From assembly GCA_002633005.1 (NCBI GenBank), contig NMRA01000125.1:35241-99240 (forward strand): DNA of 64,000 nt. The letters are read 5' to 3'. The notes under the pieces are model-generated. The model was given only the letters and a program-made list of their open reading frames with translations. It made no database searches and had not been told where the DNA came from. Below are positions 1 through 12,115 of this stretch, in pieces. The stretch comes from Phoronis australis. Its lineage: Eukaryota > Animalia > Phoronida. The translations under genes were made by a program, and so were the position numbers. Position 1 is the stretch's first letter, and every line of letters begins with the position of its first letter.

Positions 1-703
1 GGTCGGTCACATCTCTGAGTTAAGGATATTTTTTATTAATTTTTGTTTTGACAAAAATCGACTAAAAGGTTCCAGTTACCTTTTGTAGAGAGTAAGATAT
101 GTATACTAAAACTTGTTTTTATTCCTGCTCTTACCCGCATTATGTTTTGCTGTTATTTTCACAGTTATGCACAGTCCAGATACATTCACTAACATGCGCC
201 AACATATAAGGATCGATACTTCGTTTCCTTGATTAATTCCAAAAGAAGAAGGTTTAAAATGCTAAAATGTTACATTTTAGCATTATTTCGTAGAATATTG
301 GTCTAAAACTGCCGATTCTCCAGACAGCGCCATCTTTTGGAGCATGTACTAACTTATATTCTCCAGTCGGAAAACTTTCCGAACTGGACGAACCGGTTTT
401 TAGAGATACTATTTCCGTTTTAAACAAAAACTTCAGAAAGAGGCTTTAACGCCATATGTAATAAGTTTTCCGCGGAAAACCCTCGCTCACTCTTTAAAAC
501 GATTTAAAATTAATAGTAAAATAAGGAAACACAAACAGGGCTACACGTTAAGAAGTGTTTATATTTTAGTAATATCTTTGAACTGACGAAACTCGTCCTG
601 TGATCTAAATTGAAGAATGTAAAGGGAAAGGTATCTTTAAAAAAATATTCTGAAATGTTTACTCAGACTGAGTTTTGATTTCTTTCGGAAAGGTAAAACC
701 TAC

Positions 704-888
704 TAGCGGTGTCCATATGTAACCAGGACTGATGCAGTTAACTCGTATTCCGGTCGCCGACAAATCTAGAGCCATGCATTTAGTCATCATGGTGACTGCA
801 GCCTTCGTCGTGCAGTAGCCAGACAAACGGCGTATGGCATGGTGGCCGTAAACTGATCCGATATTCACCACTGAACAAGACGGTCCAT
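704..888 (-). CDS. SDR paralog A, exon 4 (catalytic S...YxxxK); final exon not found in window
   Basis: ttttcAG / GTAGGT; (D)GPSCSVVNIGSVYGHHAIRRLSGYCTTKAAVTMMTKCMALDLSATGIRVNCISPGYIWTPL; 185 nt, same as paralog B exon 4. Confidence 0.94.
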
Positions 889-1259
889 CTGAAAATACGG
901 TACGTATAAACAAGGCAGTTTAGAAATACACTCCCGAGATTTAACATTAAACTTTAAAAAAGCCTTGATTTGGGAATTTGTACACTTGGCGACAGACGAG
1001 CGTATTTAGACCTTCCCGATACCTGACTAGCATTGTGTTCAATAAACAGACGCTCTTACATGTTCGTGGACGTCACTGAATTTGCCAAATAACCGTGTAG
1101 CAGTCATTGTTTTACGATATTGTCTAAATTTTAAAATTGCAGGGGTCGTTTTAGAAAAAGGTATTGGTGAATTGTCCAGCAGGGTCTCAAATCTACAGGC
1201 CAATTTGGAAGTCTTATGGGCCCGTTGGTTTGGCGGATACAGAGGCGGGCGACAAGTCA

Positions 1260-1625
1260 TACCAAAAATTAAAATGAACTCTAGGTTGTGCGGAATACGT
1301 CAAATTTGTCCGAAAAATGAGACGTAGCCGTCGTCTCCTTAATAGAAACATATTTGCCAAATGTCATGAAAATCCATCCCAAGACACAGAGGCAAACACA
1401 ACAAACTAAATTGCTACTAGAGGCACAGCGGTACTTGCATCGGTCCGAAATTCGTTGTCGTCTGTCTTCTGCTTCATAGGAATGCATCTGCCAAATCTCA
1501 TTCAGACCCGACAAGGGGATTAGGAGATACAGCAGCGGACTTCGAATGACGGACGCCGGGCGCACGACGGCCAGACAGGGTTGGCAGTAATATGCACCCA
1601 CTTATAAATATAAGGGTGCATAAAC
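1260..1625 (-). mobile_element. HINE-like repeat, same family as 31575-31990, in intron 3 of SDR paralog A
   Basis: Terminal hairpin TATGCACCC...GGGTGCATA; reverse complement of the GTCC microsatellite and GCTGTATCTCCTAA core. Confidence 0.6.
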
Positions 1626-2107
1626 AGAAAACCTGGAAATATAACTGAAACTGTAAAAACGTAAATTGGCATCGTGCAACGAAATTAATCCGTTTTCAAA
1701 AGGATTTCGATCTTTATGGAATAAGGGGTGGCTTTTGAGAAACCCATATAAATTTTGCATTTTGCCAAAAACTACTTCCGTGGCCCCCACATTTTTGGAA
1801 ATTTGCAGTAGACAGTTGAATTTCCTCAAAGAGACACTATCGGTGTCAACAGTGATTTTCTGAGATCATCCTCAGTGCGGAATCGACACGCAACACCAAT
1901 CCCAACAACTGCAACCGCTGCAGGACGAGATGTTTCCAATTCGATAAATGGCAGAGTTTTTAAGCGTATTTCATGATAAAGTCAAGGGTCCTGATTTTGG
2001 CGAATGGGTTAAAATTGTGGATGTGTAATGATTTCAGAAAAATACAGCGGGTAGCTCTAGTCTAAGCTAGTAAAATGAAAACCGGCGTACATCCAAGCAC
2101 TACTTAC

Positions 2108-2221
2108 CATCCTTCATAAATGGAAAGCATGCCTGCACCATATTTACTTCGCTAATCACGTTGACGGAAAGAATGCGTTCATAACCTTCAACAGGAACTT
2201 TCGATACGTCAGTCCAAAGAT
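2108..2221 (-). CDS. SDR paralog A, exon 3
   Basis: ttctcacAG / GTAAGT; (D)LWTDVSKVPVEGYERILSVNVISEVNMVQACFPFMKD including the helix-E Asn; 114 nt, same as paralog B exon 3. Confidence 0.92.
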
Positions 2222-2435
2222 CTGTGAGAAAGAAGGCGGTATTAATCTTTCATGAAAAAAGTGTTCATAAAAGCGTGAGGTTCCTTTCACCAAAGTCAAC
2301 AAGTCGGAAGACTGTTTTCTGCGATAAGAGTCAAGAGTGACAAATTTCTAACTTCTGGTGCACTGAAAAATAAACTTTGGTATTTCTGGAAAAATAAAAA
2401 CACCCACATTCATATTTCAGAATATTCTTGGAAAT

Positions 2436-2452
2436 ATTTTGGGACACCCTGT
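2436..2452 (-). mobile_element. Isolated Tc1/mariner-type terminus in intron 2 of SDR paralog A
   Basis: TA-CAGGGTGTCCCAAAA on the minus strand; partner end not found. Confidence 0.4.
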
Positions 2453-3036
2453 AGATACTCACGAGCCCTTGGGTGGAATCGCACAAACCGTTGAACCAAA
2501 CACATCAAACGCAAACTCACGCGCACACCAAAAATCACAAAACGAAAACTCATTCGCACAAGAATTGGGTAGTTTACGACATAGAACTTGAAGAACCACT
2601 TCTCATTGGTAGCCTTATTCATCAAATACTTCGTGCGGATGAGTTTGCTGTCGTAAGCACAATTTTTGTCGTGTGTATAAAACTTCGATTTTTATTTATC
2701 ATTCATGTGAAGCTTGGAAAATAAAGACAATTACCATGGGAATTCCAATATGACAAGCCGCATTTTGCACTTTCGTCAAGATACTTCCCAATGCACATTC
2801 AAGAATAATCGCCAGTAATGCATGGAATGGACGCTCCAACCACCCAACCGATTGAACCGAAAATAATGCATGTGCTTATAGTCTTCAAAGGCAGCAAAGT
2901 AATGCATTCCGCCGCACACTGAATCAAGTGCCACGTCACTCTGCGGAAGGAATAAAAATAAGAAAAAAAACTGATTATGGAACCAGCTAACTAAAACTTT
3001 GTGCATTGTTCAAGAAATTAAAATCACTTCATTCAC

Positions 3037-3248
3037 CTTGGGGGTTGATTCCAGCATTGTTCACAAGGTAATGAATTTGTCCGCCATTGTCATCCGCCAC
3101 CTGTCTCACGGCCTCAAAGCAGCGATCTCTATCGGCAACATCCACTTGGTAAAATTTGACGTTTCGACCCATCTGCTGCAACTCACGAGCCACTTCATCT
3201 CCACGATCTTTGTCACGTGCAAATATGGCCACCGATGCACCATCATTA
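3037..3248 (-). CDS. SDR paralog A, exon 2
   Basis: ttctttAG acceptor and GTGAAT donor; (S)NDGASVAIFARD...QVDVAD...IHYLVNNAGINPQ with the SDR NNAG motif; 212 nt, same length as paralog B exon 2. Confidence 0.94.
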
Positions 3249-5213
3249 CTAAAGAAATATTTTGGAGAGAGCATCGGGAATTGTTGGGATATCATCATGC
3301 GTTATAAGTAGATAAAACTAGGCCAATGTAAATGTACTACAAACCTTTTAGATCCGAATGAATGTGACTTTGAATGAGCCTACGTATAGAAATATACTAT
3401 TGTACATGTAATTCATAAATTGCTTATTCATTGGGTATGAATGGTGTGAGATGATAAAAGAACTTTTAAGGCATGAGTCCCAGTCAGTGCCCATCTTGAC
3501 GAATAGTCGACAACCTCTACTCGCCGTACGCGACATAAATTTTGCTAGAGAAGCCAGCTGGCATTTTTTCAGGGCAGCCATGCACGTAACCATAGCTTCA
3601 GTCTTGCAGGCATTTCTCGTCTGAACTGACTTTTTACGAACGGTGAAGTCCAACGATCCGATTCAAACACGGGCAGTTTTGGCCATGGAAAAGGCAAAAT
3701 TTTTCCTGAGTCTATCCACCCTTGGCTTCAATGGTGCAATATCAAGACCCGGTCGATTAAGCACTCCTGTTATTGTTGTTTTATGCATTCCTCATGTCAG
3801 TGTAGGCTATTCAAATAACAACAAAAACTTGATTTCGTCGCTCTGTTGCACCAGTTAAATCGAGTATTAACAAAGAGAATTTGATATTTGAAACCAGTAT
3901 ATTCGTATCAAAGACTCAGTAGTGAAAGCAGCCTAGCACAAAATTCGTCACTTGTGTCAATTGGCGAAATATCAAAAACATTTATCATTGAGCAACACCT
4001 GTTGTATATTATATTTTGAATGGCAGGAGATGAAATGTTTTCCTGACTTTTGCTCAATGCACCAGGTTTACATAAAAAACACATACAGCCAGTCTAAGCA
4101 GATTGTTCTCTCATAACGTAACTTAAAAAAGAAACTGCCTGCAAACCACTTTTACTTGTCGTTCTTGCATTCCCCTTGACCCCCCGTGCCGTGTGCAAAT
4201 TCGTTCCATTCAACTGTCCCAGTCTCAACAAGTTTCCCAAGCCAATCCCATTCCCAATTTGTGACTACGCGATCGTACTTATAATTGCAGTGGCCAAACG
4301 CTTATCATTTGCTGCATTGTGCGTTGCACCACCCAAAGCTAAGGTTTTGTTTCTGCAAAAAACAGGCTAAATGACGTGTTTCACGAGGTTTCTTCCAATA
4401 ACCCCGTGTAAATATTTACATGGACTTGAACAGGTTATGTGTCTATTTGTTCATGTATTAGAAATGGTTTTCCCAAGTCAGAAAATGCAGAAGTGTCGGT
4501 AACTGTCGACTCCAATGGACACGGGCTACTCATTTCATAGCCAAAAGCTCCGTGAGGACAAATGTACGTTTGATAAATTAAAATTTTACCAAATCGTGTT
4601 TCACCGGCTATGGCTGGGCTCCATAATGCAAAATTCGTAAGAAAAGGTAAGACCACGCACGTTTTCGCAAGACATCGCCATGCATTTCAAAGGAAGCACG
4701 CACTCACATTAGCGTTAGTCGCGAATGTCTTACGTCTATGGAATATCAGCGTTAATTCCGCGTTCGCTAATATACCTCATTTCATTACACACAGGTCAGG
4801 TCAAAACGGGTGACCGCAAACTGTACTGCAGCTAAAAATGTCTGTTCAGTCTCAGAGGGAGACTAGGCAATTCTACATAAACTTCAAGGATACGTTCTGT
4901 ACGCAGGGCACCTGCAAAACGCATGCACCGAGAAATCGCCGCGCTTATGGACTGGAAATCATCACAGCGTCGTCGTTCGATCACTCTGCTGGCAGCCAAT
5001 TTGCTAACCAGTACGCTATATTAATGTCTCGATTGAGCTTACTGGCAAAATAATCAACTATCATTCACTCGCTTAGAAAAAAATAGGTTGCTCCCCACCT
5101 CCTCAAAGTACACATGCTCTGACCTACGACCCACCGCCCATATTTTGTATGATGTCGCTCAGTCTCACAAGAAACTCTCGTTCAACGTTAGGCATGTGCC
5201 CTAATAAACGCAC

Positions 5214-5371
5214 CTGAGCCTTTCTACCACAGCGCGACCAATACCAAGGCTTCCTCCTGTGACTATGGCAACCTTTCCCTCAAAACGACCTTTGGTAAGC
5301 GGAGAATCCAGTTCCGGCTGTGGAAAGAGCGCATGGTACTCCTGCGCAGAATACGAACACCCTGCCATCAT
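5214..5371 (-). CDS. SDR paralog A, exon 1 (Rossmann TGxxxGIG motif)
   Basis: Translates MMAGCSYSAQEYHALFPQPELDSPLTKGRFEGKVAIVTGGSLGIGRAVVERL; GT donor at 5213-5212; phase 2 joins exon 2 in frame. Confidence 0.93.
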
Positions 5372-5730
5372 AGGATTCAACTATGTGCAGACAGACTCCG
5401 TCAAGGTTGTCGACGTTCGTAGTACGATAAAATTAGGTCACGTTCTGATCTAATATCAGCTGCCTGAACCTCGGCTTACCGCCTTAGGTCAGGCATAAGA
5501 TGGTGCCTGCCCTAAATTCTCGCGCATTGTGTTGGCTGATATAAGGCTAAAACAACATAGTTCTGTTCTCGTACATCCGGGGTTTGTACCACGACTCATT
5601 TTGACAGTGCGCTCACTGACTAAAATACTAAACTAAAAAAACCCGCCGACATCGCAGCCGTTGTTTTTTAAAAAATTGCACAAAAGCACGTAAGCAAGGT
5701 TTGAAATAAGCAGTACCCGCCTGTAAAAAT

Positions 5731-5868
5731 ACATAGGCGGATTTAGGGGCGGGCAGCGGCCCCGCCCCCCACCCACCCTTGGCTGCTGCCAAAATAAAAC
5801 AGGAAGACAGCAAGAGCGTGGGGGAAAATATTGAGTTTACTGATTAACCCTGTATCCTAGATCCGCCT
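5731..5868. mobile_element. Small GGCGGAT-ended MITE; related copy at 35791-35945
   Basis: AGGCGGATTTAGG / CCTAGATCCGCCT inverted ends with a G/C-rich interior. Confidence 0.5.
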
Positions 5869-6499
5869 GTCGAAATATGCACAGGTCAGCAGTGCTCGAA
5901 AAGTCCGCAGAGGCGGGTTTACCCAATGCACCGTTGACGGTGGCGGACGCAAACTCATACTGCAATACTTGACGCGACTTGTACAATTTGCGGGATGCAC
6001 TGGTGCTTCTGTTTGTTGTGTATAATAAATTGCTTTGTACCCTTTATCTCCGATTACCATATTTCTTTGTGCCGCCCGCCAGTGGCTTTTTTTTTCGGTC
6101 GCCCTCTTCGCCGGGTTCTCGTCAATGCAGCCGCTGTCGCGAGCCGTCCAGGACGCCGGCTCCCAAGTAATGTCACTGCATCCACCGCTGTGTTTTGCCC
6201 CTTAATTAGCAACGGTTTTCAAAAGGCTTAAAGGTGTGCTTTCAAATGTGGAAACGGACTAGAATTAATTTTAAATTGTTGTTGTCGTTGCCTACGAAAT
6301 AGTGACATAATTGAGAGATTCAATATAGCGAAGACGGTAGAAGTAAGTGAGGATCGGCCAAATCCCACTAACCGTTGCTGTCATTTTATAGAATGTCGTG
6401 GTGGCAACTATTCAAAAGTATAGATTACTTGTAGGTACTCTTACTGAATCTCACGTTGTCACATGACGTGACCTAGTAATTTCACAGGAAGTCTAAATT

Positions 6500-6870
6500 G
6501 CTGTCCCGACCGGCCGGGACTCAAACCCGGGACCTTCTATTTTCTGTGTAGGCCTTCTAATCCATATAACCATCGAGGCCGCCGGTCGAACACAGAAATC
6601 TAGCCAGGAGACTTGTGTTTGGAAGGACTTCACGTCCATACCGCTGTCAGATATTTTTAAATATGCCGGAAATGTCCATTCCGTTCATGCGTAGATTAGG
6701 TCATACAATATTAGGTCACGTCACGTGACCTAGTAATTGGAAGTCAGTGGCCTCAGGGTCAGTAACTCTAGGACCTTCCTAAAAAGCAAGACTTTGCAAG
6801 ATTACGAAAGATATTGCCAGGTCCTAGCGTTACTGAACGCACACTGGGTTCGAGTCCGGCCGGTCACAAC
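6500..6870. mobile_element. tRNA-derived SINE-like modules (minus 6503-6600, plus about 6820-6870); related copy at 15150-15262
   Basis: B-box-like GGTT(C/T)GAGTCC(C)GG and A-box-like GATGGTTATATGG; upstream TTCTGTGTTCGACC shared with 15232-15247; no full cloverleaf. Confidence 0.5.
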
Positions 6871-7588
6871 GACCACTGATGTCTCATGCTCTTCTTCTGT
6901 AATAGATGCCCTGAATGCTATCAAGATGGACTTTGTTTCCTATCGTGATATGGAAGGCTTTGAGTACTGTACATGGTAGGCGCACCATAGGGGTCTAGGG
7001 GGCTATAGCCACCACTTTTTTCAGTGCTACGCTGCACATAGTCTATAGGTGTTGCCCCACAGGGGGGCTGAGGGGGCTTTAGTCCCCCACTTTTTTCAGT
7101 GCTGCGCCACTCATTCTGTAGAGTTCAGTGGAGAAAATTTCCCTGTTCTTTATCATTACTTTCCTTTTCCCAAGGCCATTGCCCTACAAGTGGGATGGTA
7201 GTAATTTTGGACCTTTCGTCATCGCGCCCGTTTTTATCCATGGCCATTTAAAATTTGCTTTTTCCAGTGATTACGCGATAACTCTTCACTTGCGTTCGTA
7301 TGTACACGACTTGATGCAAAAGTTAGTGAACACGAACTTCGCTCGGACCTGGCATTTTTCATCATGTGGGAACGTTCGAAACAATCTAAGCTAAGGATGG
7401 GAGTGTTGCAATAGTATTATAGAGAGAAGACAATTATACAACACAAGAATGTCGTACTTAAAACTGCATGATAAGTTTAAAAGTCACCAAGAGCTTACGA
7501 AAGCCGTGCACGGTATTAAGTATTCAAGACTTCAAACACAACACAAATAATTGTATATTTTAAAATAGGAATATGATATTTAAAAGTT

Positions 7589-7789
7589 TTATTGACCGGT
7601 TCCTTCAGGGCCCATTGCAAGATGTCCACTATCCACAGGAACGTCCGCCCCATCGATAAACATGGCGTCTTGACTGCATAGAAAGGCAATCACAGAAGCG
7701 ACACCTGCAGCCTCGATAAGTTGTCCACTCAAGTGAGTCTTTTTTGCATGTACTCCTGCACCCGCGCGTGAACCATGAAAACGGTTAGC
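7589..7789 (-). CDS. SDR paralog B, exon 5 (terminal)
   Basis: tttttcAG acceptor, phase 0; ANRFHGSRAGAGVHAKKTHLSGQLIEAAGVASVIAFLCSQDAMFIDGADVPVDSGHLAMGPEGTGQ-TAA, a typical SDR C-terminus. Confidence 0.9.
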   Translation of the reverse strand, partial: ANRFHGSRAGAGVHAKKTHLSGQLIEAAGVASVIAFLCSQDAMFIDGADVPVDSGHLAMGPEGTGQ

Positions 7790-8785
7790 CTGAAAAAGAC
7801 TTTTTTGTTGCTTTTGTCCAGTATAATCAATTCTACTCAAGCTGGGCAGTGTGGCAATGCTATATACTTTTACAAGCGACATCTTACAAATAGCGAAACA
7901 GCCTGCCTTCGTTTTCAAAATCAATATCCTTTGACAGAGAATTAAGGCCAAACTATTGTTATCGGACATTTTTGATGGTTAACTAAGGTTATCGATGCCC
8001 AGGGAGGAAGATAAAGGTGTCCTACCAGTCGTCCCCGATGTCGTCATCCCTTCCCTCCCGGTCGTCACTGACTCGTGCCGCTCCTTCCACCCGCTGTCAC
8101 TAGTTTTCTTCCGTCCTCTCCATCGGTGGCTACTAGTTTGGTCACCCACAACGATCACCATTTTTCTGATGATCCGACATCAACTTTTGTGTCGTTCCCA
8201 TCATTGTTTGCGTGGCCTCCCTCGTTAACGTTGGTGCTGCACCTTGTTGGCGTCCCGCCCGGTGCGGACTGCCATCTACGCCTCCCTAGCTACGCCACTG
8301 GTTAAGTTTTCTGAAGACAGGCTCTTGTTTAGATACGCCCAATAAGCGTATATAAGGACAGTTTCCTCAGATAAGCCCTGGGGGGTAAGTTTGTAAAAGA
8401 TTTTGCATGCGTTAATCCTAAAACTTTTCCCAGTTTCTTAAGAAAATGAACACCAAAACTGTAATTGCAGTAACAGTAATTTGTCTCCTACGTGTGGGGA
8501 AAATCTTACATCGACAATGTTGCGTGTTTACCATTTTGAATTCAACTTGCGCTCCGGCTACGGACCTGTGTTTTCTGAGCGTCCGTCTTATTCGACAAAT
8601 TTTCGTCCAGCAATTTTAACTATAGTGATGCACATGTCTCAAATGAGTCGAGAATCAGATAAGAACCAACTATGATTTTTACCTAAATAGCAGTTTCATC
8701 ATCAGATTCAACACTGCTGTATCTGCGATGTAAATTAGCCGAGATATTTCCAAGTTAGACTAACTGTCATGTATTCAGTTCTAAC

Positions 8786-8970
8786 CAGCGGCGCCCAAGT
8801 GTATCCTGGGCAGACGGCATTCACCCGTATTCCCGCAGACGATAAATCTAACGCCATTCACTTTGTGAGCATAGTGACACAAGCTTTGGAAGCGCCATAA
8901 AGTGCGCAGTTGCGTATCGCCTGGTAACCGACCACGGACGACACATTGACGATAGCACATGACGGCCCGT
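8786..8970 (-). CDS. SDR paralog B, exon 4, contains an in-frame TGA at 8860-8858
   Basis: tttgcAG / GTTAGA; (D)[60 protein letters not shown]; YGASK catalytic motif intact; the stop aligns to Cys of paralog A. Confidence 0.9.
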
Positions 8971-9830
8971 CTGCAAATGACGTCACAACGTATCAATCCC
9001 TACTGAAAATTTAACGTAAATTTTAAACATTAAACGAGTTTGCCTATTCAAGGGGGACAGTACGTAGACCACAAAAAATAAGGCAACTGAAATACTTTTG
9101 AGACATTGCTAGGTAGCTTTCTGGTAAAAATGCGATCTCGAAACATCGCTTAACAGGCCATTTTGACCATTTTATGGTAGATCTCGTTTTGGTGGATGCT
9201 TTTATTTATATCAGGCTGACGCTGACGTAGTGATAACGATACGTTTGATATCAGTCTGACCATCATTTTCACATACAGCGTCTTTTCTTAAATATCTCTT
9301 GTGACCATTCATTGCTCAGCGATAAGAAATTAAATAAATAATCACATTTGATGAGAAACATTGCATTTAAGTTATCAATGGTTAAGATGATTTCGTATTA
9401 ATCATTTATGTCACTTTATACCATTCATATGAACTCATATCTTCATTTTGGTTGACGTGCCTTCGTTTAAAAAGTTTTTGATAAATTATGATTACCGGTA
9501 ACAGAAATCGGTTTGGTAGGATACACCGACCGGCTAGCTTTGAGGTACATAGAAGCAGCAACCTGCCTATTCTGTAAGTTTTAATAAGCAATAACGGCCG
9601 CTTCTCGATGAAGAGACATCTTGTTTTTAAAAGTTCGAATGTGACCCTGGAGGGGCAGAGTTTGAGTAAGTCGTTTCGCCGACAAGTAGCGCAATTTACC
9701 AATGGAGGGCATCCTTTACTGTTTATTTCAACTTTCTGTTGGATTTGACCCTTTGTCATTTTGAGATGCAAGACATTAACAATTTAAGTCATTTTGACAG
9801 CAATGCATTTATGATAATATTGTTGCAAAC

Positions 9831-9944
9831 CTTTTTCCATGTATGGAAAGCACGCCTGAGTCATGTTGGTGACACTAACCACGTTTGAGGAAATCAGTGG
9901 ACTGAACGTATCCAACGGTGCCTCCGCAATGTTGACGTGACTTT
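9831..9944 (-). CDS. SDR paralog B, exon 3
   Basis: ttcattctAG / GTTTG; (E)SHVNIAEAPLDTFSPLISSNVVSVTNMTQACFPYMEK; 114 nt. Confidence 0.9.
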
Positions 9945-10142
9945 CTAGAATGAAAGCACAAGCTACGGATTACAATTAATGCGTTAAGAATTTACATCAG
10001 ATATTTCTCACTGGCCAAGGACGATACATAGATGGAAAACAACGATTAAATTTAACAAATTATTCCTCGACTTGAGAAATTTAATATTCGCAATTTTTAT
10101 ATAAGAAAATTTAAAATGTTCAAACATGAAGTGTTCGATTAC

Positions 10143-10354
10143 CTTTGATAGTTATGGCTGCATTGTTTATGAGGTAATGTATTCTCCCGCCATTGTCATC
10201 CGCCACAAGTTGCACAGCCTCGTCACAGCGCTCTCTGTCGGACACGTCCACTTGGTAGAACCGTACATTTCGTCCCAGCTGCCGCAACTGACGAGCCGTG
10301 CTTTCACCTCTGTCGCTATCACGAGCAAAAATAGCCACCGCCGCACCGTCGTTG
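10143..10354 (-). CDS. SDR paralog B, exon 2
   Basis: AG/GT bounded; (S)NDGAAVAIFARDSDRGESTARQLRQLGRNVRFYQVDVSDRERCDEAVQLVADDNGGRIHYLINNAAITIK; collinear with paralog A exon 2. Confidence 0.93.
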
Positions 10355-11766
10355 CTATAGTTGAAACAACAAGGTCAATGTGATTCAGTTGGCGTTATAA
10401 AACACTCTATATTAAAGACATTTTTGTCCACCGGAATATGAATTTATTGGGTTTTGTATTTAAAGTGGCAATAAACCCGTCGAACTAAGTTTTTGATTGA
10501 TGTCACTATAATATTGGAAATGATCTGTGACAAAGAACCGACAATTCGTTATTCCTCGAAACCATGCTCGGCGAATAAAAGGATGCGCCTTACCAAGTCA
10601 ACTTGTATCTAGAGCCTGGTTTCGAGCAATAATGACTGTCAGTTCCTTCCAACAATGCTATTAACTATGCGAGTCCAATTTCATAACGGCAAATTGAATA
10701 AAACTTATTTTAGGTGCGGAACGTACTGGTTCACAGCCGCTTTGACAGTATGTGATGCAGTGTTTCCCTTGGGTTTTGAAAGGAGCGTGGTGGTAAATGG
10801 CCAAAACGGGGTGCAAAGCCCGTTGCTGCACGCGAATATGAGAATTGGGATCCCCTACTGTCTGGGTTTCGAAAGGAGCACGGTGGTGAATGCTCGACGC
10901 GGATGTGGATCCCGGCGCCACATGCGAGCATGGGATAAAGTGAGATCTTCCCATCGGGGGGGGGNGGTGGGGGGAAGACCTTCCGTAGACAAAATTTGAA
11001 AATTAGATGTAATTGGTTGCAGTTTGCTTATCATAGACAAGACCCTAACCCGAGCATCATGTAGTGGAAGTATCTGGATAAAGGATATTTCGCAAGGGAA
11101 ATTGACAATGAAGTGTCCGGCATAATGTGATCTCTGTCGCACTTGTCTTGAGTACAAAAAACAGTGTTGAAACCCAATTAACCACGAAGTGTCAAACATA
11201 GAACAAAAATATGTGAACTTTGTAGACGTAATAAACTAATTCGTGTAACGAAACTTCCGTTGATATCGTCTTGCTAAACATAAATCAGTGATAGTGGATT
11301 GGTGTTGGCCGGCGTAACAGACGATGTAGGCCCTATAATCCAGTCCATGCAGACGAATCTGAGACTGTTTAACATTCAATATCGTGGTTGATTAAACAGT
11401 TGGATGTCACACCCTGCAGTGCAGTATAATTCACAATGTCTTTTGCTAACTCGGACACGATAAAATGAATGAAGTAGAAATCTTACTGTTTCTTTCATTA
11501 GCAAGCCCTGGCACTTTCTCATTTTAGAAAATTCGTATCGAGGTCGTTGCCTGGTCCCCGGCTGTACTAAGTGTATATGCATTGTCAGATAACCAGGCAG
11601 AAACTATTTACAAAAGGGGATTGGGGATTGGGGATTGAATGATTGTGTTTAACGGGGGGGGGGGGCANGGCACAATTCAAGATACCATTGTAAAATTATT
11701 ATTTTCCCTTTCGATCCACAAACGGCGAAAAGTGCCGTGTGACTTGCAGTTATTCATTATTAGGCC

Positions 11767-11988
11767 TACTAGCAATCATTTTTAGTAGCGATCATATTTA
11801 CTTACGATTCATTTTACTAGCGATCATTTTTACTAGCGATCATTTTTACTAGCGATCATTTTTACTTACGATTCATTTTACTAGCGATCATTTTTACTAG
11901 CGATCATTTTTACTAGCGATCATTTTTACTAGCGATCATTTTTAGTAGCGATCATTTTTACAAACGATCATTTTTACAAGCGATTTTT
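11767..11988. repeat. 16-bp minisatellite (CTAGCGATCATTTTTA)n, about 14 units
   Basis: Head-to-tail units with no spacers; followed by a GC-rich end AGGGGAAACCCT at about 12103-12114, which resembles a MITE terminus. Confidence 0.9.
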
Positions 11989-12115
11989 GCGTGGCGGTGA
12001 AGTTTCCCCGTCACGATTAGGTGTGTGGCGGTCAATTTGAGTATGATTTACGAGTGGCGGGACCAAAAAGGAGCGTAGCGGGCCGCCCAGAAGTTTACAC
12101 GCAGGGGAAACCCTC

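Noticed and set aside
6503-6600. Functional tRNA gene (also 15150-15190)
   Set aside because: Only A/B-box-like pieces; acceptor and anticodon stems do not form and there is no clear Pol III terminator.
7451-7487. Possible SECIS hairpin 3' of SDR paralog B (minus strand GTGACTTTTAAACTTATCATGCAGTTTTAAGTACGAC)
   Set aside because: No unpaired AA in the apical loop, and the 3' GA is out of register with the GTGA, so it does not fit the eukaryotic SECIS consensus by eye.
10956-11670. G-rich tracts as G-quadruplex elements (also 25291-25300, 49267-49287)
   Set aside because: These homopolymers contain or abut Ns, so their length and continuity are unreliable; two such joins lie in SDR-B intron 1.
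11767-11988. CRISPR-like array
   Set aside because: Head-to-tail 16-bp units without unique spacers, in a eukaryotic intron, with no cas genes.
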